A DNA stretch of 64,000 nt, from the NCBI GenBank assembly GCA_002633005.1, contig NMRA01000301.1:62001-126000 (forward strand). The letters are read 5' to 3'. Positions 37,887-51,700 of the stretch are shown in pieces (positions within the stretch are counted from its first letter, which is position 1; every line of letters begins with the position of its first letter). The position numbers and the translations under genes are program-made. This DNA comes from Phoronis australis. Lineage: Eukaryota; Animalia; Phoronida. Below the pieces are notes generated by a model. It did not search any database and was not told the origin of the DNA. It worked only from the letters and a program-made list of their open reading frames with translations.

Positions 37887-40418
37887 CAAGGAGTGTAGTG
37901 TAGGAGAATTCACTCAGCTATTTTGCCATTTGCCGCAATGGTTACCGGTCGGAACACTAGCGCCCCAAGCGGTTGAATAATCAATACTTAGGAGTGCAGT
38001 CCGAACAACATAAACACTGATTAATTCATACTTTAAGGACATTCAACGTGCAATAAAATTACTGTGATTGAAAATGTTTAGAATACATAAACTAACATCC
38101 ACTTACAATCGAATGAGAAAGAAAATGTGTATTTTAATCAATATTAATGTGTATTTATTTTTATTCTCTTAAAGCTCCCTCCAAAATCCATCATGGTTTT
38201 GTTTCATCTTTGAGTTCTTAACAAGGCAATTATCTTTCCTTATAACAGTTCATAACTCCATGGAATACATAATTTGAATGATTGCTCCTGGGGTCCAGTG
38301 GGGAATTCCCCCCAGGTAAAAACCAGGTGGGCGCCAAATGGGTGTTGACCCCCTCCCAGAGGGGTTACACTGGAGGAGTGCTAAACAGGTAAAAACCAAT
38401 GTGTATGTATGCCATATGGGTGTTGAGCCCTCCCATCGTCACACATTTTGGTTGCTCCCCTGACCATTGACAAACATGTTGCTCCCAGCTCACTGCTGGT
38501 TTCATCTCCACCCAACAATTTCGCAAAGTGTTCCCTATTCAATGCACCAGGCTACTTGCAATGCAGACAATTGTTTTGTGCAGTGGGTGTTACACACGTG
38601 AGAAGAAGAAAGCAAGGCAATTCATCACTACCACTAAATCGTAGTACAATTTTAGAACATTCTGTTATTTCTTAGACATACCAGTTCAGGGTAAACTCGA
38701 TCCCACTCTCCCACTATAATCACCAACAGTTACAAGTCAGTTGCTAATCTGTACAATAGCTCACAACTTACAAAATGAAGTAACATTGAGTATATCATCA
38801 CTCTTAACTAGTCAAAGTTCAAAATGTCATGACAAAAATTAAGAGGTACTGAACAGCAATCAAAATATTCACTACCTACATAGCTTCATACAAAACTGAA
38901 TTAAAAACACTTGGATGATAAAACCAAAATTTTACTTTAAATACCCACTGTTCCAATTATCAATAACAGTAAATAGTTCGGGTAAGTTAAAGCCAGACCA
39001 CAAGATCATATCTGATACCTAGCCACAACTGGGGCTTAAATTAATCACAATCTCCAAATTAACGTACAAAATAGGCAACACATACATGATACGGATAGCT
39101 TGGGTTTAGCAAAATTTCAGCCCACCATTCAGACTCTGAATGATCCATCAGTTTCATTTTGGCTCTCTTCAAATCACAGGCTAACCATTCATAAAATGTT
39201 TCAATCTTATCGACCTTAGTAAAATACTAAACCAGATTTTAACTAATTGTCCTTTCTACCCGTGATGTTCCAGTACTTGCTTTGTGAGACGATAATCAGA
39301 AATGCAAAAAAGCCTATTCCAGAGCTGTAATATAATTTCCGGAGAAATTTTGACCCTGACATCTTCATTTTTGGTGGACTCGGGACATCAAGTATTGTTC
39401 GGCCCACTGCAGTCAATACCAGCTTGTTTTTCATTCATGAACATGGACTCCTCGAAGTGATGAGAGCATAACTTGAAGTTCTTGGACAAATAGGCTGCAT
39501 CTCTATTCATAATGTCAGCTCCCAGTGATTGCACCTGAACAGAAATCAATGACTGAGAGACTCAGGAACAAACCTCATACTCACTAGGTTCACAAAAGAC
39601 TGGTAGCCTACACTAAAGCACACTACACTGCAGAATTCCTGTCGTACTGTGATTGTGATAGAGACAAAAGCGTTTTGGTGTCAACTGAAAAATACTCGGA
39701 CTCAAATGTCGATCCAAAGATATTTTAACAGGGCCTCGCCCCCGCATCATTGACACAGAGAATAAAGTTTTCAATAACGCACTGCTTAACTTAAGTGGTC
39801 CAAGAGGCACATTAAAATCATGTTGATTTTTTCACCTTTTCACCGAGACCCACAGATTCCCTAACTTGACGGCTCATGACAGACTTGAGGCCCTGTGGCT
39901 GTGATTGTGCCAAGGCCGTGTCACCAGTTATATTACCCACGGCCATGGACATGGGTATGATTTCCAAAAATTATCCCTGCAATCGTACAGGTGACATTTT
40001 GATTTAGAATTCATGGACTACAAGTATCCAGAAAGCTGACGATCACATCGTACGTTCATCATAGACCTTCCGCCTGCAGCCCGGCTGTACAGTATTCTTA
40101 GCCTGCACTGCAGACAACAGTGGCAACGGGACTGCAATCGACTTGTCTAACAACCGTGGACAGAACACACAAAATGAAAGACAATGTATCATATTATTGA
40201 ATAACAGATAATCCTTACCTTTCTGGATCCTTAGGAAACCTAAAAAATGACACGTCTTCGTGGATGAATACATGCAATTTATCGCACTGCCAAATGCGTC
40301 ATTCCCCATTGTTTTGGCGCTTCCTGGTTGACAGTTGCTAAGTTATCACTTGGCGGCGCTAGTAGTAGCGGTAACAGCGAACTCACTAGTGAACTCTCCT
40401 ACTCTACTACACTCCTTG
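37887..40418 (-). mobile_element. P-element-superfamily non-autonomous element with THAP relic, copy A
   Basis: TIRs caaggagtgtag...taggag; perfect 7-bp TSD ctcttag (37880-37886, 40419-40425). Spliced THAP relic: exon 1 at ~40309-40219 (SAINC...RFPKDPER|gtaag) and exon 2 at ~39535-39340 (FKLCSHHFEESMF...KNKLVLTAV..TILDVPSPP). Confidence 0.85.
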
Positions 40419-43400
40419 CTCTTAGTTTACTAAGTTGTCTCTTAATTGAATAACTATTCACTTTGGATTTACTTTTATGTTAGCACAGCAAAAAATTTCA
40501 GATATGTTTCTGTCAACTTGCTTTGTTTTCTGTCGAGTAACTTCTGTGACCCATCCAGCCTGACTATCCATGTGATGACTGTACTGCTCTTTTCTGTAGT
40601 AAACATGTTGATTTCGTAGACCAAGTAGGTCACCCGTCCAAACTTTGACGGGTGACTTACTTGGTCTACGACTTTGACACATTGCCCATTCGAAGAAGCA
40701 TTGCTTGCAAGCTACAGGATGACCATTAATGCAGAAACAGTGGTAGTTGCCTTCTGTGTGTCAGGGCTCACGTGATTTCGATTTAATAGAGTGTCGCAGA
40801 ATGAAAATGAGGTCTCAACACATTCTATCTATTCCCTATTACATGACGGAAACATTTGAATTGTACTGCACAATTATCTTGCTTGCCAGTCACTCTGGCA
40901 TGTGTGTACGTGTGTATGCACTCATTCTACTAACACTATAAGTTACATTGAACACTGCTGTTGCTCATCACTCTGATCTCTCATTTCGAATGATACATTC
41001 TGATTGCAGTCACTATGTGGCTCATTTAGCCATCTGTTGTTTTGCTTGTTGCTTTGTTTTTCTACGGAAAACATATAGGACATTCACTCAATTCATCAGT
41101 TTACCCGACATCTACTGTATTGTTTTACAGGGAGTATGGATAAAAATAATATTGTACTTGCTTTCTAGCCTAATTCAGAATTTAATCAAATTGAGTAGGA
41201 GTTGACAGCTTAGTGCATTCACCTCACGAAGGCGAAGAGAATTTCGTTCAGATATGATTTAGACTATTTGTTACATAATGTTTAAGCATTTACACCTTCA
41301 AAAGGAAATTTAGCGTTGTTAACTGTGTGTGATTAGAATATTCTTGTAACTTCAGCAACACCCAGTGAATGAATGTGCTCATTTAAGAAAGCAAGTTAAA
41401 ATTCAAAAATAATTCCAATACTCATTTCGCCAAAGATTAATGACATATTCAGTTAAGAATTTGGTCTACTGAACATCCATTGACTGTGCTAAAATATATG
41501 TGCATTCAAAACTGTGTGTGCATCGTTCCTATTCTACATTAATTTTTCATGTTCTATTCTACAGCACTATACTTCTAATTAAATAAGGGAAATACAACTA
41601 CCGTTATTCTGCATCCATGTTAATTTTATCGTTGCTTGCAATTAGCTCTGATGAATGTTAAAGTTTTGCAATGTATTCAGTTCCTGAAACTTTGGTTCAA
41701 ATTGTGTCTTATTAGTTGCTCGCCACTTGTATAAAAAGTTATGAAGTTATGAAGAAACGGAGATTGTTTATTTTGTACAAGCTTAATAGTTGTTAGAACT
41801 ACAAGCCGTATTTGATTTTACTGCCATTTCTTCAAGTTGGACTTTCCTGAGTCCTGATTTGATCTGTAGGTTTTGAATTTTTTCCAATGACGTTGTGCAA
41901 CTCTTTGTTTAACATCTGTATAAATAATAATGCGATTCTGGTTATATGTTAAAACTGGTATTTCGTGTTTTCAGTTGTCTCACTGGTTCATCTATATAGC
42001 AGCTGGTCAAAAGTAGTTCCATCGGTTCATGTGTGGTTTTGGAGTATGGGTCTGATCTGTCTGTAGTTAGATATTGTTTATGATAAGGGTCTGAAGTTTT
42101 TGCGACCAGGTGAACAATCGTCATGCATATCCTTTGCGCTACTGCTGCATCATTACCAATTTGAGGTAAATGTTGTCACCAGGCCACATAGAAGAATTGA
42201 CAGAAGGGAGGCANCTGACTCTGACCCCTTTCCTTCGCTTCCGAAGTGTCAAAACACTCTAAACTACAAAATATTTTCAAAAATATATGCAAATCAACTT
42301 ACCATTTGCGAAAATTATAATGTTTCTAATGTATTCTTTTATAAATATGATGAGTAATCACTCTATCCGTATAGCTAAACAGAGCAGTAAAAGTACATGT
42401 TAAGCAGTGAAAAAGACCAAACTTTAGACTTAATGTATGTACTACACTATTCTATTACTACCAAATCACTCTAGATCCATATCCACACATGGTATATCCA
42501 TTGCTCGCATTCTCATTGAAAATGGGCAAAATTCGCCGGTTGAAAAATTGTAAAAACTCAATTTTTGAATATCCACTAAATAGTATAAAATTTATCTTAA
42601 ATGTCGAACATATTTCTGGATCTTAGCGTCAAATACATTCACAGAAAAATTGATAGTTATTCTTGCAAATTTGACAGCGTTTTCACTGAAGCAAGAGTGG
42701 AAAAATCCATTTTGAGGAAAAAATCCATTTTGCAAGATTGGCAAGAAAACGAAAACTAGGCTTCTGTTAGAAAAATCAAAGATGACATAGTACATAACAG
42801 GCGTAGACGAAGTCTTTGTAAAATTTCAGGAAAATCTCTGATGACCGATGTAGAACCACTCGTAGCTGCTCTAAGAATTTGCTACTTAAGCCCTCTTACG
42901 TTATTTAATGTCCACAAATGTCCACTGCTGTGCGGTAGGATGTACCACTGGCTTACGAATAAAGCAATCTTCTTAAGACGCCCTTCCATACGTTTCGGAA
43001 AGACAGTGGCTGCCGCTGATAAAGCAGGAGAAAAATCTCAAATAAATTAGCAAATTTTGATCAAGCATTAGAAGGGGCTGACATTGAAATTTCTTACTCT
43101 GCTTTTATATTTATGAGCCACTATATAGTAATTGAATTTCTGTCCACCAAATCTGAGTCGAGATTAAACGGAATTCACTTTCGTGTTCTCATTACTCTAG
43201 AGAGCGTCAATATGAAAAGTCTCCTATTGAGACCATGCCCATAATGTGAAGCTGCACCAACTGCGAAGCTTAGGCACATACTGTATTTAGCTCGGAAAAC
43301 ATTGGCTGGTTGTCGAGGAATCAAACGGGGGATAGCTGAGATTATTTTAATGAACTTATGAATAGACATTGAGTTTGACATAAAATTGTCCTCGCGGTGT

Positions 43401-45196
43401 TTGAATGCCACTGCCACTGACACGTTTTCTTTCGGGTCGGGTTGTTGTGGTGCCTGAAACAAATTAGCCATCCATCGCAGGAAGCGTGTATACAAATGCC
43501 ATTTCTGCCAATTGTGCAATAATTTTATGTCTTTGCCTGATATCACACATGTGAAACTACAACCTACCAAACATGCACGTTATTACACAATGACAAATTT
43601 CATGTCTTCGTTATCAATACTGATTGTTTCACTGTACCAATTACGTTATTAACAGCTTTAGTATTTAAAGACAATTGGCACCGAAATTTTGTTCTAAGTC
43701 ACTGAGAATCGTTACCTGCCATAACTGGTGATCAGGATTGTGAAACTACTCGGTTACCATGGTAGGGATACTAAATTCAGTTTATCAACAGCACCCCATA
43801 ACTGCACAAAGGATCAATGCAAGTACTCTTGGCAAGGCATTCTTGCATCAACCGTGAATTTGTCCTAAAACCTAAGATTGTTGATGGTGAATGACAAAAT
43901 ACCTGGGTAGCATGACATCGGTGCAAATTTCGGCTTGACATCCCACAGGATTTTGCAAGTGACGTTGCAATGGCATTTATAGCTTATGGTTTTGGTCAGT
44001 GTCAGCAGCTTGTTTCCCTCAGAAAAGAACCGAATCGCTTATTGTACGTGTGCATATAGGCATTAGTGAATGCAACAACACATTTGTTGATGTTTTATAT
44101 CTGAACAAATTATACAAGAAATACAATATTTCAATGGTCTCCTTGCATGTCTTTCAGATACGATTCATTTGTCCATAGTCCACAGTTACAACTGAACCAA
44201 TTATTACCTCCAGCTGGTAATGTATCGACTAACACACATCCCATTCTCATCAATGAAACCTGTCTTAAACGAGTTGGTTGGCTGGTTCTGTTCCTTTTTG
44301 AGTTTTGCCATAACCTCAGGAAAAAGTACAGTATGCCAGAATCAACATTATTTCCTTCATTTTTGGTTTAATTATTGCAAACAGCTAGCTGGCAAAGGAC
44401 TGCGGATATTAGAATGTGGTCGTGGCTATTTCTTTATCCAAGAGATTTGTTATAAGGAGCCAAGGTTGGCACTCGATTACGCATAGCTTATAGCATTTTA
44501 CTATGAAATTAAAAGTGATGGCCAATTGCAGTAAATTTATGACGATGATTCAAAGAGATGTGTGAACTTTAAGGGTTGTGTCACTTGAAAGAAGTTAAGT
44601 AAATGTTTCTTCCACATCAAATATTTTGAAAAGTACTTTGCTTGCTCCGCCAAATCGCAGGAGGAAATTGCCTTCGAGTGTCCGTAATGTACGTCATATG
44701 TTCACGTCAACTTGTCCTTTAAAGATCCACCCAGCGGTCAATCCGAATTCACTAATTACTGAACTATAAAACCGGTTAGTGAACTTCATTAGGCTCCTTG
44801 TATTGTGTTGTGTAATCGCGAACGTTAATTTGGCTTATTAAAGATCCGACAACAATGGTTCTGTATGGGTAAGTAACGGACAACCTCGAAGGAAGCTGAT
44901 TCCGCAATTGTTAGTCGTCTTGTTGGATTTGCAAAGCATCAGCTCATATGATCTACTAATGAAACTTTTTCGAAACCCGTATCGTGGCACTGAACATACA
45001 CGGTGCTTTGTCTGCACACGGTGAACTATCGCAAATGTACGTATCTACGGTTGAACATTGTTGACTTTGCCGGTTTCACCGGGTCAACCCGGTGGCTTAG
45101 ACATCTCATAACTCTGTAGTCGTCATCGGAAACCGATTGAGCTGGCGACGTCAATCAAGTACAGGTGACACACTAGAATGAGTTGAGGAATTCACA

Positions 45197-45877
45197 TTAT
45201 CGGAGAAATCCAACACTTAATCCAATAAGGCGTGCACGTTGTTTAGCTCTGTCGGCATAATGATGTCGAATATGCTGAAATAACACGCTACGGTTCCACG
45301 GAAGTTTGCTGAATCCATAACCACGTTTCTTTTCTATCATACCTCGAGATAGTGCATCGATGGACTTTACTGGATCAGCAGTCTCTCCGAAGTCTCCTTT
45401 TTTAAATCGATCACCGTCTTTGCTAAGTTTTTGGGTGGAGATATTGGTTTCAATAAACCGTTTTCGGTCTATTGAAGGAACGTAGTCTGAAGTCATTACT
45501 CGATATGGTTTCCCTGCTCCAGGTCTTGGGCGGCTCCTATGCCAAGGAACCTTGGACATGACGCCACCGTAGCTCTTAATGTACTCGCGGATGTCGTCAG
45601 GATAGCGACTTTTAAGGTCGTTATTAACCAAGTCTGTTTCTGGCACCTGCAATCTTGATTGGCGACTAAGCTTACTCTTCAAAAACACAAATCGGTGACA
45701 CAAGTCCAGCAAACTTCTATCCGAGCAACAAAGACTTTCATCCACGCCCAAATGGAAGTTGCACGAAAGACACGTGGAAACAGAGTTTATGTCAAAATTG
45801 CATACGTTTTCTGCTTGGTTTGCGTTTTCAACTGGGGGACGAGCATAGCTAACGATTGCTATCGCAGCGATGTATAC
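45197..45877 (-). CDS. Neuropeptide-precursor-like protein, main coding exon (six-Cys domain plus two YG...SK[VL]PW[HN]R peptides; opioid-precursor-like architecture)
   Basis: Acceptor atttcaattttag| at 45878; 226 codons open to TAA: VYIAAIAIVSYA-RPPVENANQAENVCNFDINSVSTCLSCNFHLGVDESLCCSDRSLLDLCHRF...KSYGGVMSKVPWHRS...DRKRF...FKKG...EKKRGYGFSKLPWNRS...GFLR*. The ORF track shows only the last 184 aa. Confidence 0.8.
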   Translation of the reverse strand, partial: VYIAAIAIVSYARPPVENANQAENVCNFDINSVSTCLSCNFHLGVDESLCCSDRSLLDLCHRFVFLKSKLSRQSRLQVPETDLVNNDLKSRYPDDIREYIKSYGGVMSKVPWHRSRPRPGAGKPYRVMTSDYVPSIDRKRFIETNISTQKLSKDGDRFKKGDFGETADPVKSIDALSRGMIEKKRGYGFSKLPWNRSVLFQHIRHHYADRAKQRARLIGLSVGFLR

Positions 45878-48756
45878 CTAAAATTGAAATCATGTGCTTA
45901 TTTCTTAACAGTCATTTTCAGTCATATAGAACTTGATTTTGACAATTGCCAGTTTACAAAGAAAGTTGAAGGCCTGCTAAGATATCTCATTCTGTAGATA
46001 TATGAAAAATGGTGTATAAGAAGCAAAATTTAAAGATAATAATTTAGCTTCTTATCACGTACATAAGTCAGTTATAAATATTTTTTGAACTTTGGTACAC
46101 AGAAAAATTGAAGGGCAGTGAACTTTACGCTTATTATCAGTTAACTGTAACAAGCAGGACTGTATTTCGTGAATGAGTACTAATTGACTGATTTCTGTAA
46201 AACGGTTCAAATGAAAGAAAGCGGAGTTCACAGTTTACTTAAATTCCCGCTTTCCGGTCACCATCACACTCGCACAACCTAAGCCCGACCCCGGATTTTT
46301 TATATCCAGATGGACATGTCACCACTGTCGGTTTTCTTCGCCATCAGTGATCAGAATCTTAATTACTTCCGTTGTCAATCATTCTGGAAGCCATTTTCCT
46401 GATCATCTTCCACATTTTAGCCGTAGAAATTGCCAGTTTGCAGGGCGTCATTAAATACACATGAACGTTTGCATCCCCATACTTTTGAAAGTATCACCTC
46501 TGACATTACAAATTATTGGAAGATATGGGCCACCAACTACCAACCTTTCACGAGCCGTGTTTGTGTGCGTGCATGAATACCTGAGCTTGCACTTGCGGGT
46601 TTGCTTGCGCATGTATATACGCGTGTGTACGCGAAAGTGGGTATGCATTGCCGCCATACTTCACTCATTGTTTATTATTCTTCTTGGCTCTGTCATTGCC
46701 TTCTTGTTTCCTACGGAATGAGTTCTCATAGTGAGATTCATCTGTCTAAAAACTTGAATTATCTTGCGGCGACGGGTGACAATCATCAAAGTAATTACTC
46801 ATCACCATCGTATTAAGATTTCCGCATTGTCGAATAGTCACGGAAGCGAGTTATTACAAGCAAGTCGCTGGCACGTGTCATCTATAGCAATGCATGTCGC
46901 TCATTTTCATGGCTAAGTGGTTACTGGTGTAAATAAATGATGAATGCTTCTAACACAAATCAATCTTTGAGAAATTTGCGCATTACGCTGGGCGCAGGAG
47001 GAGGTGCAGAGTCGAGCTTAAGATTATGAAAAAATCGAGCCGAACAATAAACGAACAGGACAGCACAGACTGCCTCCAGTGGAACATACTAGGAAAACAA
47101 GAACAGCAACTGCATCGACAGCAACATCAAGAGAATCAGAAGCATTAGATAAAAAATAGAACTTCGGTTTGTCAATTATTCTCGCAAATAGATGTAGCAA
47201 TGTCTCCGAAAATCACTCAGGATTTTTATAAAAATTGGTAGATCATCAGACAAGGACTCAAAATTTCAAAAGAGACTGTTATAATACGATGGCAATAACC
47301 AGAGTTCGAGGAATGACTGTACGCGAACCTTTAATACCCCTGTTCCTGAATAGTGCCCGACAGCCTTGTTACAGCAGAATATCGATATATTCGCCAAAGG
47401 ACTTCTAAGAGTAACATTTCTTTTTGAAAATAGTTGCTTGGACATTCGTGTATTATTTATAAGGCGGGGAGTTTTTGTGCGACATTAATTGTGTGGATTA
47501 GGCTGTCTAGGGTGATGTTTGGGAGTCACCATTAAAATTAACCGGTAGGTTTAAAGGTCCTCAAAGCTTTGACAGCGATAGATACGGGTATTTTTGGAAA
47601 ACAATTCATATTCGATACCAAAGCCGTAACATACTAAACCAGTGGATTTCACAATGTTAACTGACCAAATTTCACTTTAAAATATTGGCAAGTCGTTGAT
47701 GTTCTTACGTTTATAATACTAATAATGATAATGATAGTGACTAATATTATTGTAATGTTATTATAATTTTCTGCACTAGTACTATGCTTGTACTTTCAGC
47801 TCTTTATTAACCGTTCTTAGTGGAGCTACATGTTGTTAATATTTTATGATCAATATTATTCGTTATTTCTTGTAAAATTTACATTTTAAAGTTGCATTTT
47901 GCCTCATGTAGCAGGCTAGCTAGAAATCGAAAATTGAATTCGCGCTTTTACTCTCATAAAATGGGCCACAGAATATTCTTTACTGTGATGGGGTTAAATT
48001 TCCATTATCAACTCAAGTCACAAACAGTACATGTACGCTTATTACGAATTCACAATTTTATTGCTACCAACTCCAATAAACTCTGATGAGCTTTACTGAG
48101 TTGCTGACGATTTTGGGAATAGAATCCAATCATGAGGTCGATTATATGAGAGTAAAAAGCCTTATTCGATTTTCATTTTAACCAGCTAAACAGGGCAGTT
48201 TTAACTTACAACCACAAATATCGAGTCAGTGGGTTCATTGTCGGTGTAAAAATTCTGGCGTAAAACAGCCAATGTGCAATCAGTGTTTCCCGTTGGTTCA
48301 TAGTGAACGAATACAAGTTAATCATTTCATTTTAAAGTGGATCTGGACTGACTCATCAATTATCACTATGTTGTCTTGTATTATGATTTTTTTCATCAAA
48401 TACATGTACCATTCAGGCGCCACAAAGCATTAAAGTCGTGTGGCATCCTACAAAAATGTTCGGAACAATGTATCTCAGATATGCGTAAATGGATTCAAAT
48501 GGAGCTTTCAAATTGTACATCTATGCATTATGTACTCTGAAGTGTTGCTAGGATTACTTTAAAATGAACCACTTGGGTCATGCCGTGAACAATACACTTA
48601 CAGGAAAGTCACGCATTTCTAAAGATATGCGTGACTTTTCACCGCTTGTCCTCCTGAGCAGCTTTTACTGGGATCAAAGAGCACGTCGCCATAGTCGGAC
48701 TCAGTTGCGATGGCCGCATTGTCCGGTGCGAGCAAGACGCAATTAAGTGGAATTAC

Positions 48757-48780
48757 CTGACCATAAACTGTAGTAAACAT
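48757..48780 (-). CDS. Candidate first coding exon of the neuropeptide precursor (MFTTVYGQ)
   Basis: ATG plus 8 codons ending cag|gtaatt in phase 0; joined to the main exon it gives MFTTVYGQVYIAAIAIVSYA, a 20-aa signal-like stretch. Not unique and unverified. Confidence 0.3.
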
Positions 48781-51700
48781 CTCTGCCAGTATATAATGGC
48801 GAAATTTCAAAATGCATTAACCAACAGTTTTCGTTAAAAACAAATACCACAGCACAGCTGTATTCAGATGGAAAAAACAACCAAGTTTGGTTTTCGTTTT
48901 TTAAAAATCGATGAATTATTAAGCCAAAAACAACAAACATTGGGTATGATTGAAGATAAACGACTGTGCGTATTGATATAGTCGGTGACTTACAAACGCT
49001 GGTCAGAGTTAACATACATGTACAACTAAGCTACATTGAGACATTTATAAACAACACACAGTGACTAAATTAGATGTCAATAACTTTTAAAACGTCGCTT
49101 ATGGCCCAGTGCATGCCGAACTACTTTACTCCAGGAGTAGTACACTAACCGGAAAACTGCTATTCGCTTACTTGCGGTAATATTTCAATGGTTAGTTTGT
49201 AGTTGTAATGGAACACCTGTGAAGACGGCTAAGAGGGATAGCTTTGTAGTCAAGGAGAGAGAGTAAGCAGTGGATGAGGTTGGTCGGTGGGCAAGAGCCG
49301 TGATTTCACTTTTTATGACTCGGGAAAAGCTAGAATAGTTATGCAGTCACTGCAACCAAAGTTGTCCAGAGGTTATAAACTTTCAAGTTGGCAATCACCA
49401 TTTGCACTTTTGTATAAATTTTATGATTTTAGTTTTAATAAAGATTGAACAGAATTACGTAACTGACTTCTAAGTTGTTTTGATTCTTTATGTAAATACA
49501 AAATAAAAAGATAACAACCCTAAACGGTAAGAAAAAACAAGTAGACAGGAGTATTAAAATAAAGTAATGTAAACAGGTGTGAAACATGTTTAAAACCAAC
49601 CTTTCTTTGGGAAGTGGCCCTTTGTCAAGATCAACGGAAATTTACTTTTTAGTCTTTTTGTAATATTTAAAATGTACCAAGTTAAACTTGCTCTCCATTT
49701 GCCAGAGAAAAACAATTTGGGTGTAATATCAATCACCATTGTTAAGAAATTAGTGCCAGCCATTACCTTAACACTTCATAAGCTCAGATCTACAACAATG
49801 CAAAGGGCGTGGTTAGCAGGTATCGTAGAAGTTGTCTGAGGCTTAGGGAATCGGAGCGGTGATCAGTGTAAGCGAGAATTTCTCCACATGTAACAATGAC
49901 AAACAAACATTGGATTTTTTGTTTTTTATGAAAAAAATCAAAGTTGCGGAAAACGAAAATGACATAATAATTTAGAAAACGGTAACAGGGTTTTATATAT
50001 TTTATTTCGGAAGTTTATACCAAACAAAATTTGTTCACGTTATTGATGCTGTTTTTATCTAATGACGTGTTCACGTGACCTAATTAAGTGACTTCAAATG
50101 CGTTACACTCACGAGTTCAGATACACGCATAATCCCTTATTAATTGAAAGTTATGACAACCGGTGGTGTAATTATAAACAAATGAGGGATTAAATGATTC
50201 ATCCTTTAATCCATCGACATGAGGGGCGAACGAGATGAGCAACCCGGTTAGTGGTTGTATTCTTACGCGATGTGAAGCTGTAGAACGCAATATATTGGGA
50301 ACAGGTCATTACGAACCAAAATGAGTGCGTGAAGCTATGCTAGTCTGCAATAAAAATGCTAATGACATATCCACCGTTTGGCGTCAGAGGATTGGAAAAT
50401 TGTCGCAAGAAATTGTTAATGATTAATACACCAATAATACCCCACGTCTCCAATTACGATTTTCATTTACAGCGAATCCTTTGCATTTGCGGAAAATGGC
50501 TGTTGGAAACGCCACATTTGGTTTTCTTTTTGAAAATTGGCTTCAACCGCGATAATCTGAATTTGGTCATGCCCGTCACACTAAAGTGGCGCAATGTTTA
50601 TCCCTCACACATTACACTTAGTTTCCAGACTTAGCCAAGAGTTTTGATAAACGTTTGTGTTAGCAATATACGTGCTTACAGTATTTCGCGTTCAGTTCAT
50701 GGAAGTATAGCCTGAAGCGTTTTTTGGTGAGCGTCACTTGCTTCAGGAGAATCCAGCTGCCCAGCTATGAGTCTCCCAAAACCTCCTTGAAGTTATTACG
50801 CCAATAGTTAGTTGCTCGGTCATCGGAAAGCAGTTGTTTGACGTTTGGCATAATCCCGAATTAATTTGAACCAAAACCACAAATCAACAGTTACGAGATT
50901 ATTCGTAAACGCTTCATTGATCTATAAGTTTTGAACGACACTTGCCTAATTGTTGCCACTAACACTTCACTCAAATAGGACCACAGACATTGATAAAGAC
51001 ATAAAGATTTAGATACTATGCGGCTAATCATTTCCCGTTAGGTTATTGTTTTGCTTAATGTCCTGTCGAACGTTTTCCGCACTGAACTATTAGTCGAAAA
51101 ACTGTCACCGACGACAGGATATGTACACGCATCTGTCATTTAGTTTCTTGCCTGTTTCATTAACTTATCCAGTATTCCAGGAATGATCAGACGACCCACT
51201 GATTTGAGAAATTAAAAAAACAAGTTTGCTCGTGCGAAGCGCTACGTCAACAGTGACAGGTACATGTAGTTTGTCAACTCGGCGTCGTCGCTGCCTTGTC
51301 CACCTGCGCCAACACTCGAGTACCGCTAAGGGAATTAAACTAGTAAGTCAACGTTAACTTAGAAGTTGTTCTCATACATTGTATCTGAGAACATGCTTAG
51401 CGCGGATCCATATCTGTAACCCAGCGATCGTAGTCAAAAGTAAAGCTAGCAAAGCTAAATCGCACCTCGAGAACTGTCAAAGTATTTTAGGAGTTCAACA
51501 CAAAGAATTTTTACCAGTTCAGAGCTGATAACTTAAAACATTTACAAATGTAAGCAATAATCCAAAACCGGCGTTTTTTGGCAGTGAAACCGCTAATTTT
51601 TCTTTAGAGCTTCTCACTATTAGCTGCCTGACGAACCGAGTTCAATCACGCCACGCGGACGAGGTCATACAGAACATTCCGCGTACTTTTGCAAATGTTA

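Noticed and set aside
43175-43570. 131-aa minus-strand ORF downstream of the neuropeptide exon
   Set aside because: No motif or compositional signal; length is compatible with chance.
50705-50750. cctgaag...cttcagg hairpin resembling a minimal hammerhead
   Set aside because: Both the CUGANGA and GAAA core positions are altered.
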